From Verrucomicrobiota bacterium (GTDB lineage Bacteria; Verrucomicrobiota; Verrucomicrobiia; Chthoniobacterales; UBA10450): a DNA stretch of 64,000 nucleotides. Where the stretch lies: the NCBI GenBank assembly GCA_041167545.1, contig JBEEHT010000044.1, forward strand, positions 9,113 to 73,112, read 5' to 3'. The position numbers were made by a program, and so were the translations under genes. Below are positions 35,434-46,100 of the stretch, one piece after another; position 1 is the stretch's first letter; each line of letters starts with the position of its first letter. The notes beneath the pieces were generated by a model. That model saw only the letters and a list, made by a program, of their open reading frames with translations, made no database searches and was not told the origin of the DNA.

Positions 35434-36324
35434 ATGATCGTCATCATGAATCGCGGCGCGGGAGGTCCCGGCGATCCGGAAGCGCGCATCGCCGAGTTAT
35501 TCAAGGTCCACGGCGAGACGCCGCATATTGTTCACCCGAACGGTGACCACGACATCGCTTCGGTTGCGCGCAAAGCAGCGGAGAGCAGCGAGCGAATCGT
35601 GGTAGCGGCCGGCGGCGACGGCACGATCAACGGAGTGGCAGGGGAATTGGCCGGCACGGATACGATTCTTGGCGTGTTGCCGATCGGCACGCTGAATCAT
35701 TTCGCCAAGGATTTGCGCATCCCGCTCGATCTGGAAATGGCGGTGCGGACCGTGGTGGACGGGCGCGTCGTGGCCGTCGATGCGGGCGAAGTGAACGGTC
35801 GCATCTTCATTAACAATTCGAGTCTCGGCATCTATCCGCAGATTGTTTCGCGGCGTGAGGCGCAGCAGTCCCGGCTGGCCCGCGGCAAGTGGCCGGCATT
35901 CTTTTGGGCCACAGTCCAGGCGTTGCGCCGCTTCCCATTTCTCGACGTCCGAATTACCTCCGGAGGCCAGCAGATAGAACGACGCACCGCGTTCCTTTTT
36001 GTCGGCAACAACGAATACGAGATCGCGGGATTTAAGCTCGGCTCGCGCGCGTGCCTCGATGGCGGCGCGCTCGGTCTTTACCTCACGCATCGCACCGGCC
36101 GGTTCGGTCTTTTCCGGCTCGCCTTGCACGCGCTTTTCGGCCGCGTCGATCAGGCGAAAGATTTCGATGCGTTCTGCGTCGCGGAAGCGCGCATCGAGAC
36201 CCACCGGCGCCGCCTCCTCGTCGCGCGTGACGGCGAGGTCGAGTGGATGGAAACTCCGCTGCATTATCGAACGCGGCCGGCGGCATTGCGCGTCCTCGTC
36301 CCGCAAGAAAACCGGAGCGTCTGA
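35434..36324 (+). CDS. diacylglycerol/lipid kinase family protein (second DAGK_cat paralogue in the window)
   Basis: 'VIMNRGAGG', 'VVAAGGDGTINGVAGEL', 'LGVLPIGTLNHFAKDL'. Start at the internal ATG 35434. Confidence 0.8.
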   Translation: MIVIMNRGAGGPGDPEARIAELFKVHGETPHIVHPNGDHDIASVARKAAESSERIVVAAGGDGTINGVAGELAGTDTILGVLPIGTLNHFAKDLRIPLDLEMAVRTVVDGRVVAVDAGEVNGRIFINNSSLGIYPQIVSRREAQQSRLARGKWPAFFWATVQALRRFPFLDVRITSGGQQIERRTAFLFVGNNEYEIAGFKLGSRACLDGGALGLYLTHRTGRFGLFRLALHALFGRVDQAKDFDAFCVAEARIETHRRRLLVARDGEVEWMETPLHYRTRPAALRVLVPQENRSV

Positions 36325-37130
36325 TGCGCACGATCGTCCATCTTTCCGATCTGCATTTCGGCCGAGTCGACCCGGCAATTCTCGCGCCGCTGGTAAAGTT
36401 TATCGGTGAAGTAAAACCGGATTTGGTGGCGGTGTCAGGCGATCTGACCCAGCGCGCGCGCAGCGCGGAGTTCACGGCGGCGCGGGAATTTTTGGCGGCG
36501 ATCCCTTTCCCGCAAATCGTGGTCCCGGGCAACCACGACGTCCCGCTCCACAATGTTTTCTCACGTTTCGCGCGCACGCTCGACCGTTACGGCCGCCATA
36601 TCACGAACGACTTGCAGCCGGTTTACGCTGACGCAGAGATTGCCGTCGCGGGGGTAAACACAGCACGCGCCTTCACCTGGAAAGATGGCCGCATCAGCCC
36701 GCGCCAACTTGAAAAATTGCGCGCGACCCTGCAATCGGTGCCGGCCGATCGCACGAAAATCGTGGTCACGCATCATCCGTTCGACTTGCCCGCGGGCGCG
36801 AGCGGTCGCGTCGTGGGCCGGTCGCGGCTGGCGATGAAGACGCTGGCGGAGTGCCGCGTCGATTTGCTGCTGGCCGGCCATTTCCATATCGCCGATACCA
36901 GCCAAACCGCGAAGCGATACAAGATGCCGGGCTACTCGGGCATCATCGTTTCCTCCGGCACGAGCACTTCCACCCGCGGCCGCGGCCAGCCGAATTCGCT
37001 GAACGTGATTCAAATCGATCGCCCGAATTTGACGATCGAACGGCGCACCTGGCGGCCGCGTTCCGGTTTGTTTGATGTCCTGTCAATCGAGCTCTTTCGG
37101 CACACGGCGGAAGGATGGACGCGCGAATAA
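36324..37130 (+). CDS. metallophosphoesterase (calcineurin-like)
   Basis: 'MRTIVHLSDLHFG', 'VAVSGDLTQRA', 'VPGNHD', 'VVTHHP', 'LLLAGHFH'. Its ATG overlaps the upstream TGA by 1 nt. Confidence 0.8.
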   Translation: MRTIVHLSDLHFGRVDPAILAPLVKFIGEVKPDLVAVSGDLTQRARSAEFTAAREFLAAIPFPQIVVPGNHDVPLHNVFSRFARTLDRYGRHITNDLQPVYADAEIAVAGVNTARAFTWKDGRISPRQLEKLRATLQSVPADRTKIVVTHHPFDLPAGASGRVVGRSRLAMKTLAECRVDLLLAGHFHIADTSQTAKRYKMPGYSGIIVSSGTSTSTRGRGQPNSLNVIQIDRPNLTIERRTWRPRSGLFDVLSIELFRHTAEGWTRE

Positions 37131-37133
37131 GAA

Positions 37134-37865
37134 ATGAGTGAACCGGCGAGAAAATTCGCGCGCCAAATCCGTTTCCTGAAAGCGCGCCTGTCGCCGGAAG
37201 GCTGGCTCGGATTGCACCTCACGATTGGTTTGCTCGTGATCCTGATTACGGGTTGGTGGTTTGGCGACATCGCGGAAGACATGTCGCGCGATGCAGCGAC
37301 GCGTCTTCTCGATGAAAGGGTTTCCTCGTGGTTTCATGAGCACGCGACCCCGGCGCTCACCCAAATCGCGCGCTTCGTCACCTTCTTCGGTTCCGTTTCG
37401 TTTGTCGCCGCGGCGTCGATCTGCGCCGCAATCCTCCTGACGGTGCGAAGATCGTGGGATCAATTACTCGCCCTGGTGCTCGCAATCGGCGGCGGCAGTT
37501 TGCTGAATATTTTGCTCAAGCATTTTTTCCATCGGCAACGTCCCGTGCTGGAGAATCCGCTCGTCACGCTTTCGAGTTTTGGATTTCCGAGTGGCCATAC
37601 GATGGGCTCGACTCTCTTGTACGGGTTGCTCGCGATTCTCGTGGCGCATTCGATTCGCAGATGGCGATGGCGCGTTTTCACTTTATGCATCGCCGCTCTC
37701 TGGGTGGCATTGATCGGACTCAGCCGCATTTACCTCGGCGCGCATTATCTCACTGACGTGCTCGGAGCCATCGCGGTTGGACTGGCCTGGCTGGCGTTTT
37801 GTTGGACCGGAGTCGAAACCCTCCGCAAATGGCGAGGCCGGCGGCGTTATGATGCGAGCAGCTGA
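37134..37865 (+). CDS. PAP2-family lipid phosphatase
   Basis: 'KHFFHRQRP', 'FPSGHTMGS' and 'SRIYLGAHYLTDV' are the three PAP2 signature motifs. Starts 3 nt after the upstream stop. Confidence 0.8.
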   Translation: MSEPARKFARQIRFLKARLSPEGWLGLHLTIGLLVILITGWWFGDIAEDMSRDAATRLLDERVSSWFHEHATPALTQIARFVTFFGSVSFVAAASICAAILLTVRRSWDQLLALVLAIGGGSLLNILLKHFFHRQRPVLENPLVTLSSFGFPSGHTMGSTLLYGLLAILVAHSIRRWRWRVFTLCIAALWVALIGLSRIYLGAHYLTDVLGAIAVGLAWLAFCWTGVETLRKWRGRRRYDASS

Positions 37866-38314
37866 TTGCTGTAACGAGGATCGCCGGTCACATCGTCACC
37901 GAGCCAATCGGGCGGCTGAAATTTCGCCGCCGATTCTTCGTCATCGAACTCCACTTCCGCGACGACAAGCCCTTCGTGTCTCCCGCCGTAAACGTCTATT
38001 TCAACAACCAGATCACCTAACGGAATTTCATAACGCGTCTTCAGCAGGCGCTTGCCCTCCGTCGCCGGCCAGAGGGCGGAGAATTGCTCCGCCAGCAATT
38101 CCACCTCGCGCTCTTCGCGCACATTGCCGAGGCCACGCTTATAGGTGAGCGAATAATTCTTACCGCTCTTCCGAAGGCGAACTTGCAGGCCATCGTCGGT
38201 GCTCACCAGATAACCCTGCGAAATCTGCGCGCTTGGACGAGTGGCGAGATCATCCGGCAATTTGCGCACAAGAAATTTCCGTTCGATCTCGCAATGCGAA
38301 TCCGTCGGCATCAT
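37847..38314 (-). CDS. CYTH-domain protein (triphosphate tunnel metalloenzyme/CyaB-like)
   Basis: 'EIERKFLV' N-terminal ExExK motif, 155 aa. Its 3' end overlaps the convergent PAP2 gene by 19 nt. Confidence 0.75.
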   Translation of the reverse strand: MMPTDSHCEIERKFLVRKLPDDLATRPSAQISQGYLVSTDDGLQVRLRKSGKNYSLTYKRGLGNVREEREVELLAEQFSALWPATEGKRLLKTRYEIPLGDLVVEIDVYGGRHEGLVVAEVEFDDEESAAKFQPPDWLGDDVTGDPRYSNQLLAS

Positions 38315-39454
38315 TTACCTTCGCGCGTTCGGGTGCATTTGCGCAAATTCCGCCGGGCGCTTCACGTAACGTTGTCTCATCTGGAGGAACGGCCGCTCCA
38401 CCGCGAAGAAGAGCGCGGCGCCGGCCACGAGGATCGAGAACAGCATGAGGAGATAAGCGGGCAGCGAGGGGATCGCGATCGAATGCGCGGCGGAAAAACC
38501 GAGCGTCCAATGGATCACCAGTTTGTGGCTGAGATAAATGCTGTAGGCAACGGTCGCGAGAAAGGCAGCGCCGGGAACTGCCACGCGTGAGAGCGGCGTC
38601 TCCGGACTAACCGCGCAAATCAGCAACGCGGAAAACCCGAGAGCGATTAAAGGAAATCCAACCGCGCAACTCGCGACGCTCAGGCTATCTTCGGCGAGCG
38701 CCAGCGCGACCACGATCAAGGCAATGCCCGGCGCCCAGATCCATTTCGCGGTTTTCATCAGGGTTGCCCACCACGCCGGCCGGAAAGATTCGATGGCCGC
38801 GAGGGTCACGCCCATCGTCAAGGGATCGAGGCGGGCGTAAGTCGGATAGTAAATAAATTTTTGCCAGAAGCCGAACGACGGCGATGGGCTGCTCAGATTT
38901 ATGTGCGCGAGCACGCCGCGGATCACGATGCCGCATAACAATACGGCGCACGGAACAAGCCAATGGCCGCGACGGAATCGCGCGAGGGCAAGAAGCAGGA
39001 ACGGCAGCACGAGATAGAACTGGCTTTCGATGCAGAGCGACCAGGCGTGCGAAAAAGTCGTGCCGCCGCGCAACCCGAGATTCTGGGTGAAGGTCAGGAA
39101 CTTCCAGAGCGGCGGCATCGTCGGATACTCGCGCCAACTCGGGAGCAAGACGCAAATCGCCACCACCACGAGATAGGCCGGCAGAATCCGGAGGGCGCGC
39201 CGCCAATAAAAGCGACGGGCGTTCAGCTTTTTTCCGCGGGCCAGCGCCGATAAAAGTTGGCCGGCGATCAGGTAACCGCTGAGGACAAAGAAGAGATCGA
39301 CCCCGATCCAGCCGAAACGTTGGAGATCATGCGGCAGCTCGAAGCCGAACAGCCCGGCGTGATAGAGGACGACGAGGACAATCGCGATGGCGCGCAGAAG
39401 ATCGAGACCCGGTTGCCGATGGCGGATCGCCGAACGCGGATCGATCTCAGGCAT
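38315..39454 (-). CDS. acyltransferase family 3 (OafA/NolL-like) membrane protein
   Basis: 'LDLLRAIAIVLVVLYH' and 'GVDLFFVLSGYLI', with about 10 TM helices. Start at 39454 (alternative 39487). Confidence 0.8.
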   Translation of the reverse strand: MPEIDPRSAIRHRQPGLDLLRAIAIVLVVLYHAGLFGFELPHDLQRFGWIGVDLFFVLSGYLIAGQLLSALARGKKLNARRFYWRRALRILPAYLVVVAICVLLPSWREYPTMPPLWKFLTFTQNLGLRGGTTFSHAWSLCIESQFYLVLPFLLLALARFRRGHWLVPCAVLLCGIVIRGVLAHINLSSPSPSFGFWQKFIYYPTYARLDPLTMGVTLAAIESFRPAWWATLMKTAKWIWAPGIALIVVALALAEDSLSVASCAVGFPLIALGFSALLICAVSPETPLSRVAVPGAAFLATVAYSIYLSHKLVIHWTLGFSAAHSIAIPSLPAYLLMLFSILVAGAALFFAVERPFLQMRQRYVKRPAEFAQMHPNARR

Positions 39455-40385
39455 GCGGCAGCGCCGTTTCGCATTCGTCGCGGACATGCGCTGGTTCGAC
39501 CTTGCGGAAAATCATCCAAACACCGGCGAGCACCAGGGCGCCGCCGGCGAGCGACCAGAGCGAAAATGTTTCGCCGCCCAATAACCAGCCGAAGCCGACC
39601 GCGCCCGGCGGCGTGATGAGCGAGATCGTTTGCAGATTCGTCACCGTCATTCGCGGCAGCAGCCAATAGAGGAGGAGAAACGCGACCGCCGACCCGGGGA
39701 TCGCGAGATAGAACAGGCAGAAGACCGCCGTCTTCGTCCAATGGAAATGCAGCGGATTTCCGTCCACGAAAAATCCGGTCACGAGCAACGGAACTGTCCC
39801 GAAGATCATCTGCCAGGCAGCGATCATTGCCGGAGCGAGTTGGATCGAGCGGGCTTTCAAAAGTACGTTGGAGAAGGCTGCGCCTGCGGCGCCGAAAACG
39901 ATCGCAACGCCGCCCCAGAAGGCGAGAAGCCCTCCGAAATCCAACAGGCGCGAGCAAATCACCGCGACGCCGCCGATCGCCAAAGCAGCGCCGGCGATTC
40001 GCTGGCCGCGCAGCGGTTCGTTAGGCAGAATGAAATGGGCAAAGACCATTCCGAAGATTGGGATCGTCGCTTGCAGGACCGCCGACAAACCGGAAGAGAC
40101 ATGAAGTTCCGCCCAGAAAAGCAGAGCGTAGTTCACCGCGAACATCAGCACGCCGGTGTAGGCGAGCAGTTTGAAATCGCCGCGGCGCACCGGCAGCAAA
40201 CGCACCCGGCCGATCGAGATCGCCAGCAGGACGATGATCGCGATGACGAACCGGAGCGCGACGAAAGAAATCGGCGGCAGATCGCGCAAGCCGATTTTGA
40301 TGGCGAGCCAGGTCGAGCTCCAGATTACGCACAGCGCCACGAAAGCGGCGACGACGGCGAATTTCCGCTGTTCCGGCATGCGCAT
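39447..40385 (-). CDS. EamA/DMT-family transporter
   Basis: 312 aa, 10 TM segments, duplicated EamA-like halves ('SSTWLAIKIGL', 'GGALVLAGVWMI'). Confidence 0.85.
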   Translation of the reverse strand: MRMPEQRKFAVVAAFVALCVIWSSTWLAIKIGLRDLPPISFVALRFVIAIIVLLAISIGRVRLLPVRRGDFKLLAYTGVLMFAVNYALLFWAELHVSSGLSAVLQATIPIFGMVFAHFILPNEPLRGQRIAGAALAIGGVAVICSRLLDFGGLLAFWGGVAIVFGAAGAAFSNVLLKARSIQLAPAMIAAWQMIFGTVPLLVTGFFVDGNPLHFHWTKTAVFCLFYLAIPGSAVAFLLLYWLLPRMTVTNLQTISLITPPGAVGFGWLLGGETFSLWSLAGGALVLAGVWMIFRKVEPAHVRDECETALPHA

Positions 40386-40523
40386 AGGAGCGCATCAGGT
40401 CCCGCGCGGTGCAACTGCTTTTGCCAAACGGATTAATCTGGAAACCAGGAAACCAGGAAAAAAAAATCCGGGGTTCTTCCTGGATTCCTAACTTCCAGAT
40501 TGTTTCCTTCTTACAAAAGAACC

Positions 40524-40544
40524 AGGCGCTTGGCACAAGCGCCT
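40524..40544 (+). promoter_or_regulatory. perfect 9-bp stem / 3-nt loop hairpin 13 nt upstream of the LLM oxidoreductase start
   Basis: AGGCGCTTG-gca-CAAGCGCCT. Confidence 0.3.
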
Positions 40545-40556
40545 CTACATTCAGAA

Positions 40557-41552
40557 ATGGTTCTCGCTTCGGTTCTCGATTTGTCGCCGATCATTGAAGG
40601 GGGCGATGCCGCCCTGGCGTTTCGCAACACAGTCGATCTCGCGCAGCATGCGGAGAAGTGGGGTTATCATCGTTATTGGCTCGCCGAACATCACAACCTC
40701 CGTGGCATCGCGAGCGCCGCGACCTCGGTCGTCATTGGGCACGTTGCCGGCAAGACGAACAGCATCCGGGTCGGCGCCGGCGGCATCATGCTTCCGAATC
40801 ACGCGCCACTCGTCATCGCCGAGCAATTCGGCACGCTCGAATCGCTTTATCCGGGACGGATCGATCTCGGTCTGGGCCGCGCGCCGGGGAGCGATCAACT
40901 GACGGCGCGCGCGTTGCGCCGGAATCTTGGCAGCAGCGGCGACACGTTTCCGCAGGACGTTCTCGAATTGCAATCCTACTTCCAGCCCACCGCGCCCGGC
41001 CAGACGGTGACGGCTGTTCCGGGCGCGGGGCTTAACGTGCCGCTCTATCTTCTCGGTTCGAGCGATTTCAGCGCGCGCCTCGCCGCCGAGCTCGGACTTC
41101 CGTTCGCCTTCGCATCGCATTTCGCGCCGGAATATCTCGAGGTCGCGCTCGCGATTTACCGGCGGGAATTCAAGCCGTCGGCTGCGCTCGTTAGGCCGCA
41201 CGTCATCATCGGGGTCGGCGTTTTCGCCGCGGACAGTGACGAAGAAGCGCGCCACCTTTTTACTTCCGCGCAATTGCAGTTCCTGAATCTGGTGCGCGGC
41301 CATCCGGGAAAACTTCCGCCGCCGGTTGAGAGCATGGAAGGCAAGTGGAGTCGCGTGGAACGAGTCGCAGTCGAACAGCGGACACGCTGTTCCGCAGTGG
41401 GCTCGCCCGAAACGGTGCGCGGGCGGCTGGAGGAATTGCTGGCAACAACCGCCGCCGATGAAGTGATCGCGACCGCGCAGATCTACGATCACGCCGCGCG
41501 CTTGCGCTCGTTTGAGATCGCGGCGCAGGTGTTTCGAGAGATCAACGGCTGA
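40557..41552 (+). CDS. LLM-class flavin-dependent oxidoreductase (luciferase-like, YhbW-type)
   Basis: '[11 protein letters not shown]', '[42 protein letters not shown]'. Start at the internal ATG 40557. Confidence 0.85.
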   Translation: MVLASVLDLSPIIEGGDAALAFRNTVDLAQHAEKWGYHRYWLAEHHNLRGIASAATSVVIGHVAGKTNSIRVGAGGIMLPNHAPLVIAEQFGTLESLYPGRIDLGLGRAPGSDQLTARALRRNLGSSGDTFPQDVLELQSYFQPTAPGQTVTAVPGAGLNVPLYLLGSSDFSARLAAELGLPFAFASHFAPEYLEVALAIYRREFKPSAALVRPHVIIGVGVFAADSDEEARHLFTSAQLQFLNLVRGHPGKLPPPVESMEGKWSRVERVAVEQRTRCSAVGSPETVRGRLEELLATTAADEVIATAQIYDHAARLRSFEIAAQVFREING

Positions 41553-41555
41553 CGC

Positions 41556-42257
41556 TCAGTCGGCCTGCGTCGTCACCACGACTTTGTCGCCTTCGATTTT
41601 GAGACTCTTCACGTGTCTCCAAAACTCCGAGCCACCCGCATCGTTCTGCCAATTGCCGGTGTTCTCGTTGAGCGACTGGTTGATGGTTGTATTGACACTC
41701 GAAATAATAAAGCCCGGCACTTCGTATTCACCGCCCCGGGCGGATTCGATCGTGATTCGGAACAAACCGGATTCGTAGCCGCCCCGGAAACGGAGGATGC
41801 CGTTGAACCAGCGCCCCCTCATGGATGACATCTGCAACATCTTGAGCGGCGCGCTCACGTTGATTGTCATGGCGGAATTCTGGATATCGACGCGCACGTG
41901 GCCCTTCAGGTCTTCGAAGTCCGGGTCCCTGGCCAACAACGCATTCAGGTCCGCGGCCGTGAATGCGACGGTCTCTTCCCGGTTCGCGTTCTTGACCCGG
42001 CCGAGCGTCTCTTCGGCGGCGCGGTACTGCGTCTCGCTGGGTTGTTCCAGACGAAGGTCGGCCGGCGCGTCGGAAATGAGATTGTTCGTCGCGAGCTTGT
42101 GGTAAATGTACCAACAGCTTCCGACGACGCCCGCGACGCAGAGGAACCCGAGGATCAGGAGGGTGAGACATCCCTTGGCGCAACAACCCGAGCCTTGTCG
42201 TGGCGGAACATACTGCGGTTGCGAGAGAGGAGGTGGCTGGCCGTTCACAAGCTTCAA
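41556..42257 (-). CDS. hypothetical single-pass membrane protein
   Basis: Pro/Gln-rich N-terminus, TM 'CLTLLILGFLCVAGVVGSCWYIY', and an extracytoplasmic domain of about 170 aa with no recognisable motif. Confidence 0.45.
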   Translation of the reverse strand: MKLVNGQPPPLSQPQYVPPRQGSGCCAKGCLTLLILGFLCVAGVVGSCWYIYHKLATNNLISDAPADLRLEQPSETQYRAAEETLGRVKNANREETVAFTAADLNALLARDPDFEDLKGHVRVDIQNSAMTINVSAPLKMLQMSSMRGRWFNGILRFRGGYESGLFRITIESARGGEYEVPGFIISSVNTTINQSLNENTGNWQNDAGGSEFWRHVKSLKIEGDKVVVTTQAD

Positions 42258-42389
42258 GGATTACTGCGGCCCACGCCGCGGTTCAAGCTTTCGCTTTTGC
42301 TTCAACCCAGTTTGCTCACTCACTTTACATCTGCAATGGTGTCGCGTCCCGACGGCCAACAATGCCGTCCGTTTTTTTGATCGAGGCTT

Positions 42390-43151
42390 ATGGTAAAATT
42401 TATCCTTCTCGCCGCCGGCTTGTCGTTCGCGACCGCACTCTATGCCCAGGACCCGAAACCGATCCCAGTGAAAGAGACGGTCGATGGCCTGGTGGCCAAG
42501 AACATCGAAGCGAAAGGCGGCGCCGCAGCGCTGACGGCGGTGCAATCGCTCCGCCTAAAAGGCAAAGTGCTCGCGAACCATGGCCAGCTTCAGTTCGATT
42601 ATGTGCAGCTGAAAAAAAGGCCGGGGGCGGTGCGCGAGGAACTAAGTTTGCAAGGGATGACGGCGATCGATGCCTATGACGGCACCGAGGGTTGGAAAAT
42701 ATCTCCATTCGGCGGCCGAAAAGATCCGGAGAGAATGTCGGTGGATGAAGCGAAATCGCTCATCGAAGACGCCGAGATCGACGGAGCGCTGGTCGATTGG
42801 AAAGCGAAGGGAAGCACGGTCGATTACCTCGGCACGGAGGACGTCGACGGCACCCTGGCGCACAAGCTCAAGGTGGTCCGCAAGAATGGCGACGTGAATT
42901 ACATTTACCTCGATCCCGATTTTTTCCTCGAGATCCGGATTGTGACCCAGCGCATGGAAAACGGCGCGCAGGTGGAAAATGAAACCGACTTCGGCGACTA
43001 CGAGAAAATCAACGGCGTCTTTTTCCCTTTCTCGCTCGAAGCCGGGCGCAAGGGGGCGACCGATAAACAAAAAATCGTTTTCGAAAAAGCCGAGGCCAAC
43101 GTCCCGATCGACGAGACCACTTTTAAATTTCCGACTACACCTGCCAAATAA
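42390..43151 (+). CDS. LolA-fold outer-membrane lipoprotein-sorting-like protein
   Basis: Signal peptide 'MVKFILLAAGLSFATALYAQ'. The pattern 'NIEAKGGAAALTAVQSLRLKGK' ... 'EDVDGTLAHKLKVV' is typical of LolA-like periplasmic proteins. Confidence 0.5.
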   Translation: MVKFILLAAGLSFATALYAQDPKPIPVKETVDGLVAKNIEAKGGAAALTAVQSLRLKGKVLANHGQLQFDYVQLKKRPGAVREELSLQGMTAIDAYDGTEGWKISPFGGRKDPERMSVDEAKSLIEDAEIDGALVDWKAKGSTVDYLGTEDVDGTLAHKLKVVRKNGDVNYIYLDPDFFLEIRIVTQRMENGAQVENETDFGDYEKINGVFFPFSLEAGRKGATDKQKIVFEKAEANVPIDETTFKFPTTPAK

Positions 43152-43153
43152 TC

Positions 43154-46100
43154 ATGCGCTTCCTGAAATACTTTCTTGTCACTGCCTTTTGTTTCGCCGG
43201 CGCATCGTTTGCGGCCGAGCAGGCGCCGTTTAATTCCTCCACGATCTCCGGGCTCGGCGCGCGCAATATCGGCTCGGCCACCATGAGTGGCCGCATCTCC
43301 GCGGTCGCCGCCACGCGCGAGCCCTCCGGCAAACTCACGCTTTTTGTCGGAGCCGCGAGCGGCGGGGTGTGGAAATCCGAAGATGGCGGCACGCGTTACA
43401 AGCCGGTCTTCGACGAGCAACCGGTCCAATCGATCGGCGCGCTCGCGCTCGATCCGAAAAATTCCAAGAACCTCTGGGTCGGGACCGGTGAAAGTTGGAC
43501 GCGCAACAGCGTTTCGGTCGGTAACGGCATCTACAAATCCGGCGATGGCGGCGAGACCTGGACGTACACAGGCCTGCCGAATTCCGAGCGGGTCTCGAAG
43601 ATCATCGTGAGTCCAATCAGCGGCGATACGGTTTACGCTGCGGTGCCGGGCGCGCTCTGGAGCGATTCGCCCGATCGCGGTCTCTACAAAACGACCGACG
43701 GCGGGAAGAACTGGAACTTGATTCTGAAAGGATCGAATCTTTCCACCGGCGCCTCGACGATTGCGATGGATCCGGGCGATCCGAATGTTCTCTTCGCCGG
43801 CATGTGGGATTTCCGCCGCAAAGGCTGGACGTTCCGCTCCGGCGGCGAGGGGCCGGACAAACCTTCCGGCAGCGGCTTGTTCCGTTCGGCCGATGGCGGG
43901 GCGACGTGGACCGAAATCACCGCTGAAGCGAACAAAGGTTTCCCGAAAAAACCGTACGGCCGCATCGCGGTCGCGATCGCTCCTTCGAATGCAAAACGCG
44001 TTTACGCTTTTGTCGAATCCACCGACAGCGCGCTCTTCGTTTCCGACGATGGCGGCGCGACCTGGGACAAGCGCGACAAGAGCAACTGGATGGTCTGGCG
44101 TCCGTTCTACTTCGCCAACTTGATCGTCGATCCGAAAAATCCAGATCGCCTGTTCAAGACCGATGGGCCGCTGATTTTGAGCGAGGACGCGGGGAAAAGC
44201 TTCGCCACGGTCGGCGGTTTCCAGGGTGCACACGGCGACATGCACGATGTCTGGATCGATCCGGCCAACACCCAGAACGTGGTCGCCGGAGACGATGGCG
44301 GCATTTGGTATTCTTACAATAGCGGCAGCAAATGGTGGAAGGGCGACAACCTGCCGGTCTCGCAGTTCTATCACGTCAGCGTGGACGACAACGATCCGTT
44401 CCGCGTTTACGGCGGTTTGCAGGACAACAGCTCGTGGGTGGGCCAGTCGCAATATCCCGGCGGCATCTCCAACGCGCAGTGGGAAAACATGTACGGCGGC
44501 GACGGCTTCTGGATGTTTCCCGATCCGTCCGATCCGGATTATCTCTACGCGGAAGCGCAGGGTGGATTTGTCGGGCGCGTGAATCGCTACACGCACGAGC
44601 GGCGCGACATTCAGCCGAAGCCGAACTACAAGGAAAAGCTGCGCTGGAATTGGAACACGCCGATCGCGCTTTCCCCGAACGAAAAAAGCACGATCTACAT
44701 CGGCGCGCAGTTTCTTTTTCGGTCGCGCGATCACGGCCAGACCTGGGAGCGCATCTCACCGGATTTGAGCACGAACGATCCCGAGAAACAAAAGCAGGAA
44801 CAATCGGGCGGCGTCACCGTGGACAATTCCGCGGCCGAAATGCACACGACGATTTATTCGATCAGCGAATCGCCGAAAGACAAAAACGTGATCTGGGTCG
44901 GAACGGATGACGGCAACATTCAGGTGACACGGGATGGCGCTAAGACTTGGACGAATGTTGTCGGCAACGTAACTGGCGTGCCGAAGAATTCGTGGGTCAG
45001 TTGGATCCAGGCGGGCAACTTCGATGCCGGGACTGCCCTGGTCGCTTTCGATCGCCACACGTTTGGCGATCTCGCGCCCTACGTTTTCCGGACGACTGAT
45101 TTCGGCAAGACCTGGACGCCGCTATTGACGGCGCAGGATTCGAAAGGGGTGAGCGGATACGCGCATGTGGTGAAGGAAGATCTGGTGCAAAAGAACCTGC
45201 TCTTCGTCGGCACGGAGTTCGGGCTCTTTGTTTCCATCGACGGTGGAAAAGCCTGGGCGCAATTCAAGGGCAGCCATTTTCCGGCGGTGGCGGTGCGCGA
45301 TCTCGCGGTCCATCCGCGCGATCATGATCTCGTTCTCGCGACGCACGGCCGCGGCATCTGGGTCATCGATGACATCACGCCGTGGCGCGCGCTCTCGCCC
45401 GAGCTGCTGACGCAGGAAGCCGCTTTCGTTTCCGCGCGGCCGGTGCAGCAACGGATCGATGCGAATGGCGGATGGCCCAGCGGCGCGGCGAGCTTCACCG
45501 GTCCTAATCCTCCGGATGCGGCGGCGATCACTTACTACCAGCGATCGCGCCATCTCTTCGGCAAACTAAAACTCGAAGTGCTCGATGCTTCGGGCCGCGT
45601 CGTAGACGATCTGCCCGCGAGCAAGCGGCCGGGATTGAATCGCGTCTTCTGGAGCATGCACGAGAAACCACCGCGCGTGCCTCCCGCGGTGCAAATCGCC
45701 GGCGCCGGAACGCGTGGGCCGCGATTGTTGCCTGGGGTTTACACGGTGCGGATGACGAAGGGCGGCAAAGTTTCCGAGACGAAGCTCACCGTCGGGCTCG
45801 ATCGCCGCGCGAAATTCAATGAAGCCGATCGCAAGGCGCAGTTCGATGCGGCGATGAAAGTGCACGCGCTGTTCGGTGATGAAAGCGCGCTCATGGATCG
45901 GATTCTGTTTCTCCGCGGCGCGGTCAAGAAAACCGCCGGCGCACTGCCGGAAGGCGATGAGCTGCGCAAACCCGTGGGCGACTTCGACACGAAAATCGAT
46001 GCGGTGCGCAAACAGATCGTCGCGACGACAGAAGGCGGCGCGATCACCGGTGAGGAACGCCTGCGCGAACACACCGACCAGCTTTACGGTGCGATCCTCG

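Noticed and set aside
42998-44734. Very long ORFs antisense to or overlapping confident genes. Examples are 42998-44734 (-), 29484-31040 (-), 48109-49281 (+), 8129-9103 (+), 11293-12252 (+), 24703-25575 (-), 35497-36378 (-), 39630-40436 (+), 40551-41492 (-) and 59339-60307 (+).
   Set aside because: These are typical shadow ORFs of high-G+C DNA. Their translations are Arg/Gly/Ala/Pro-rich with no recognisable motifs. The opposite or overlapping frame in each case encodes a protein with clear family signatures.
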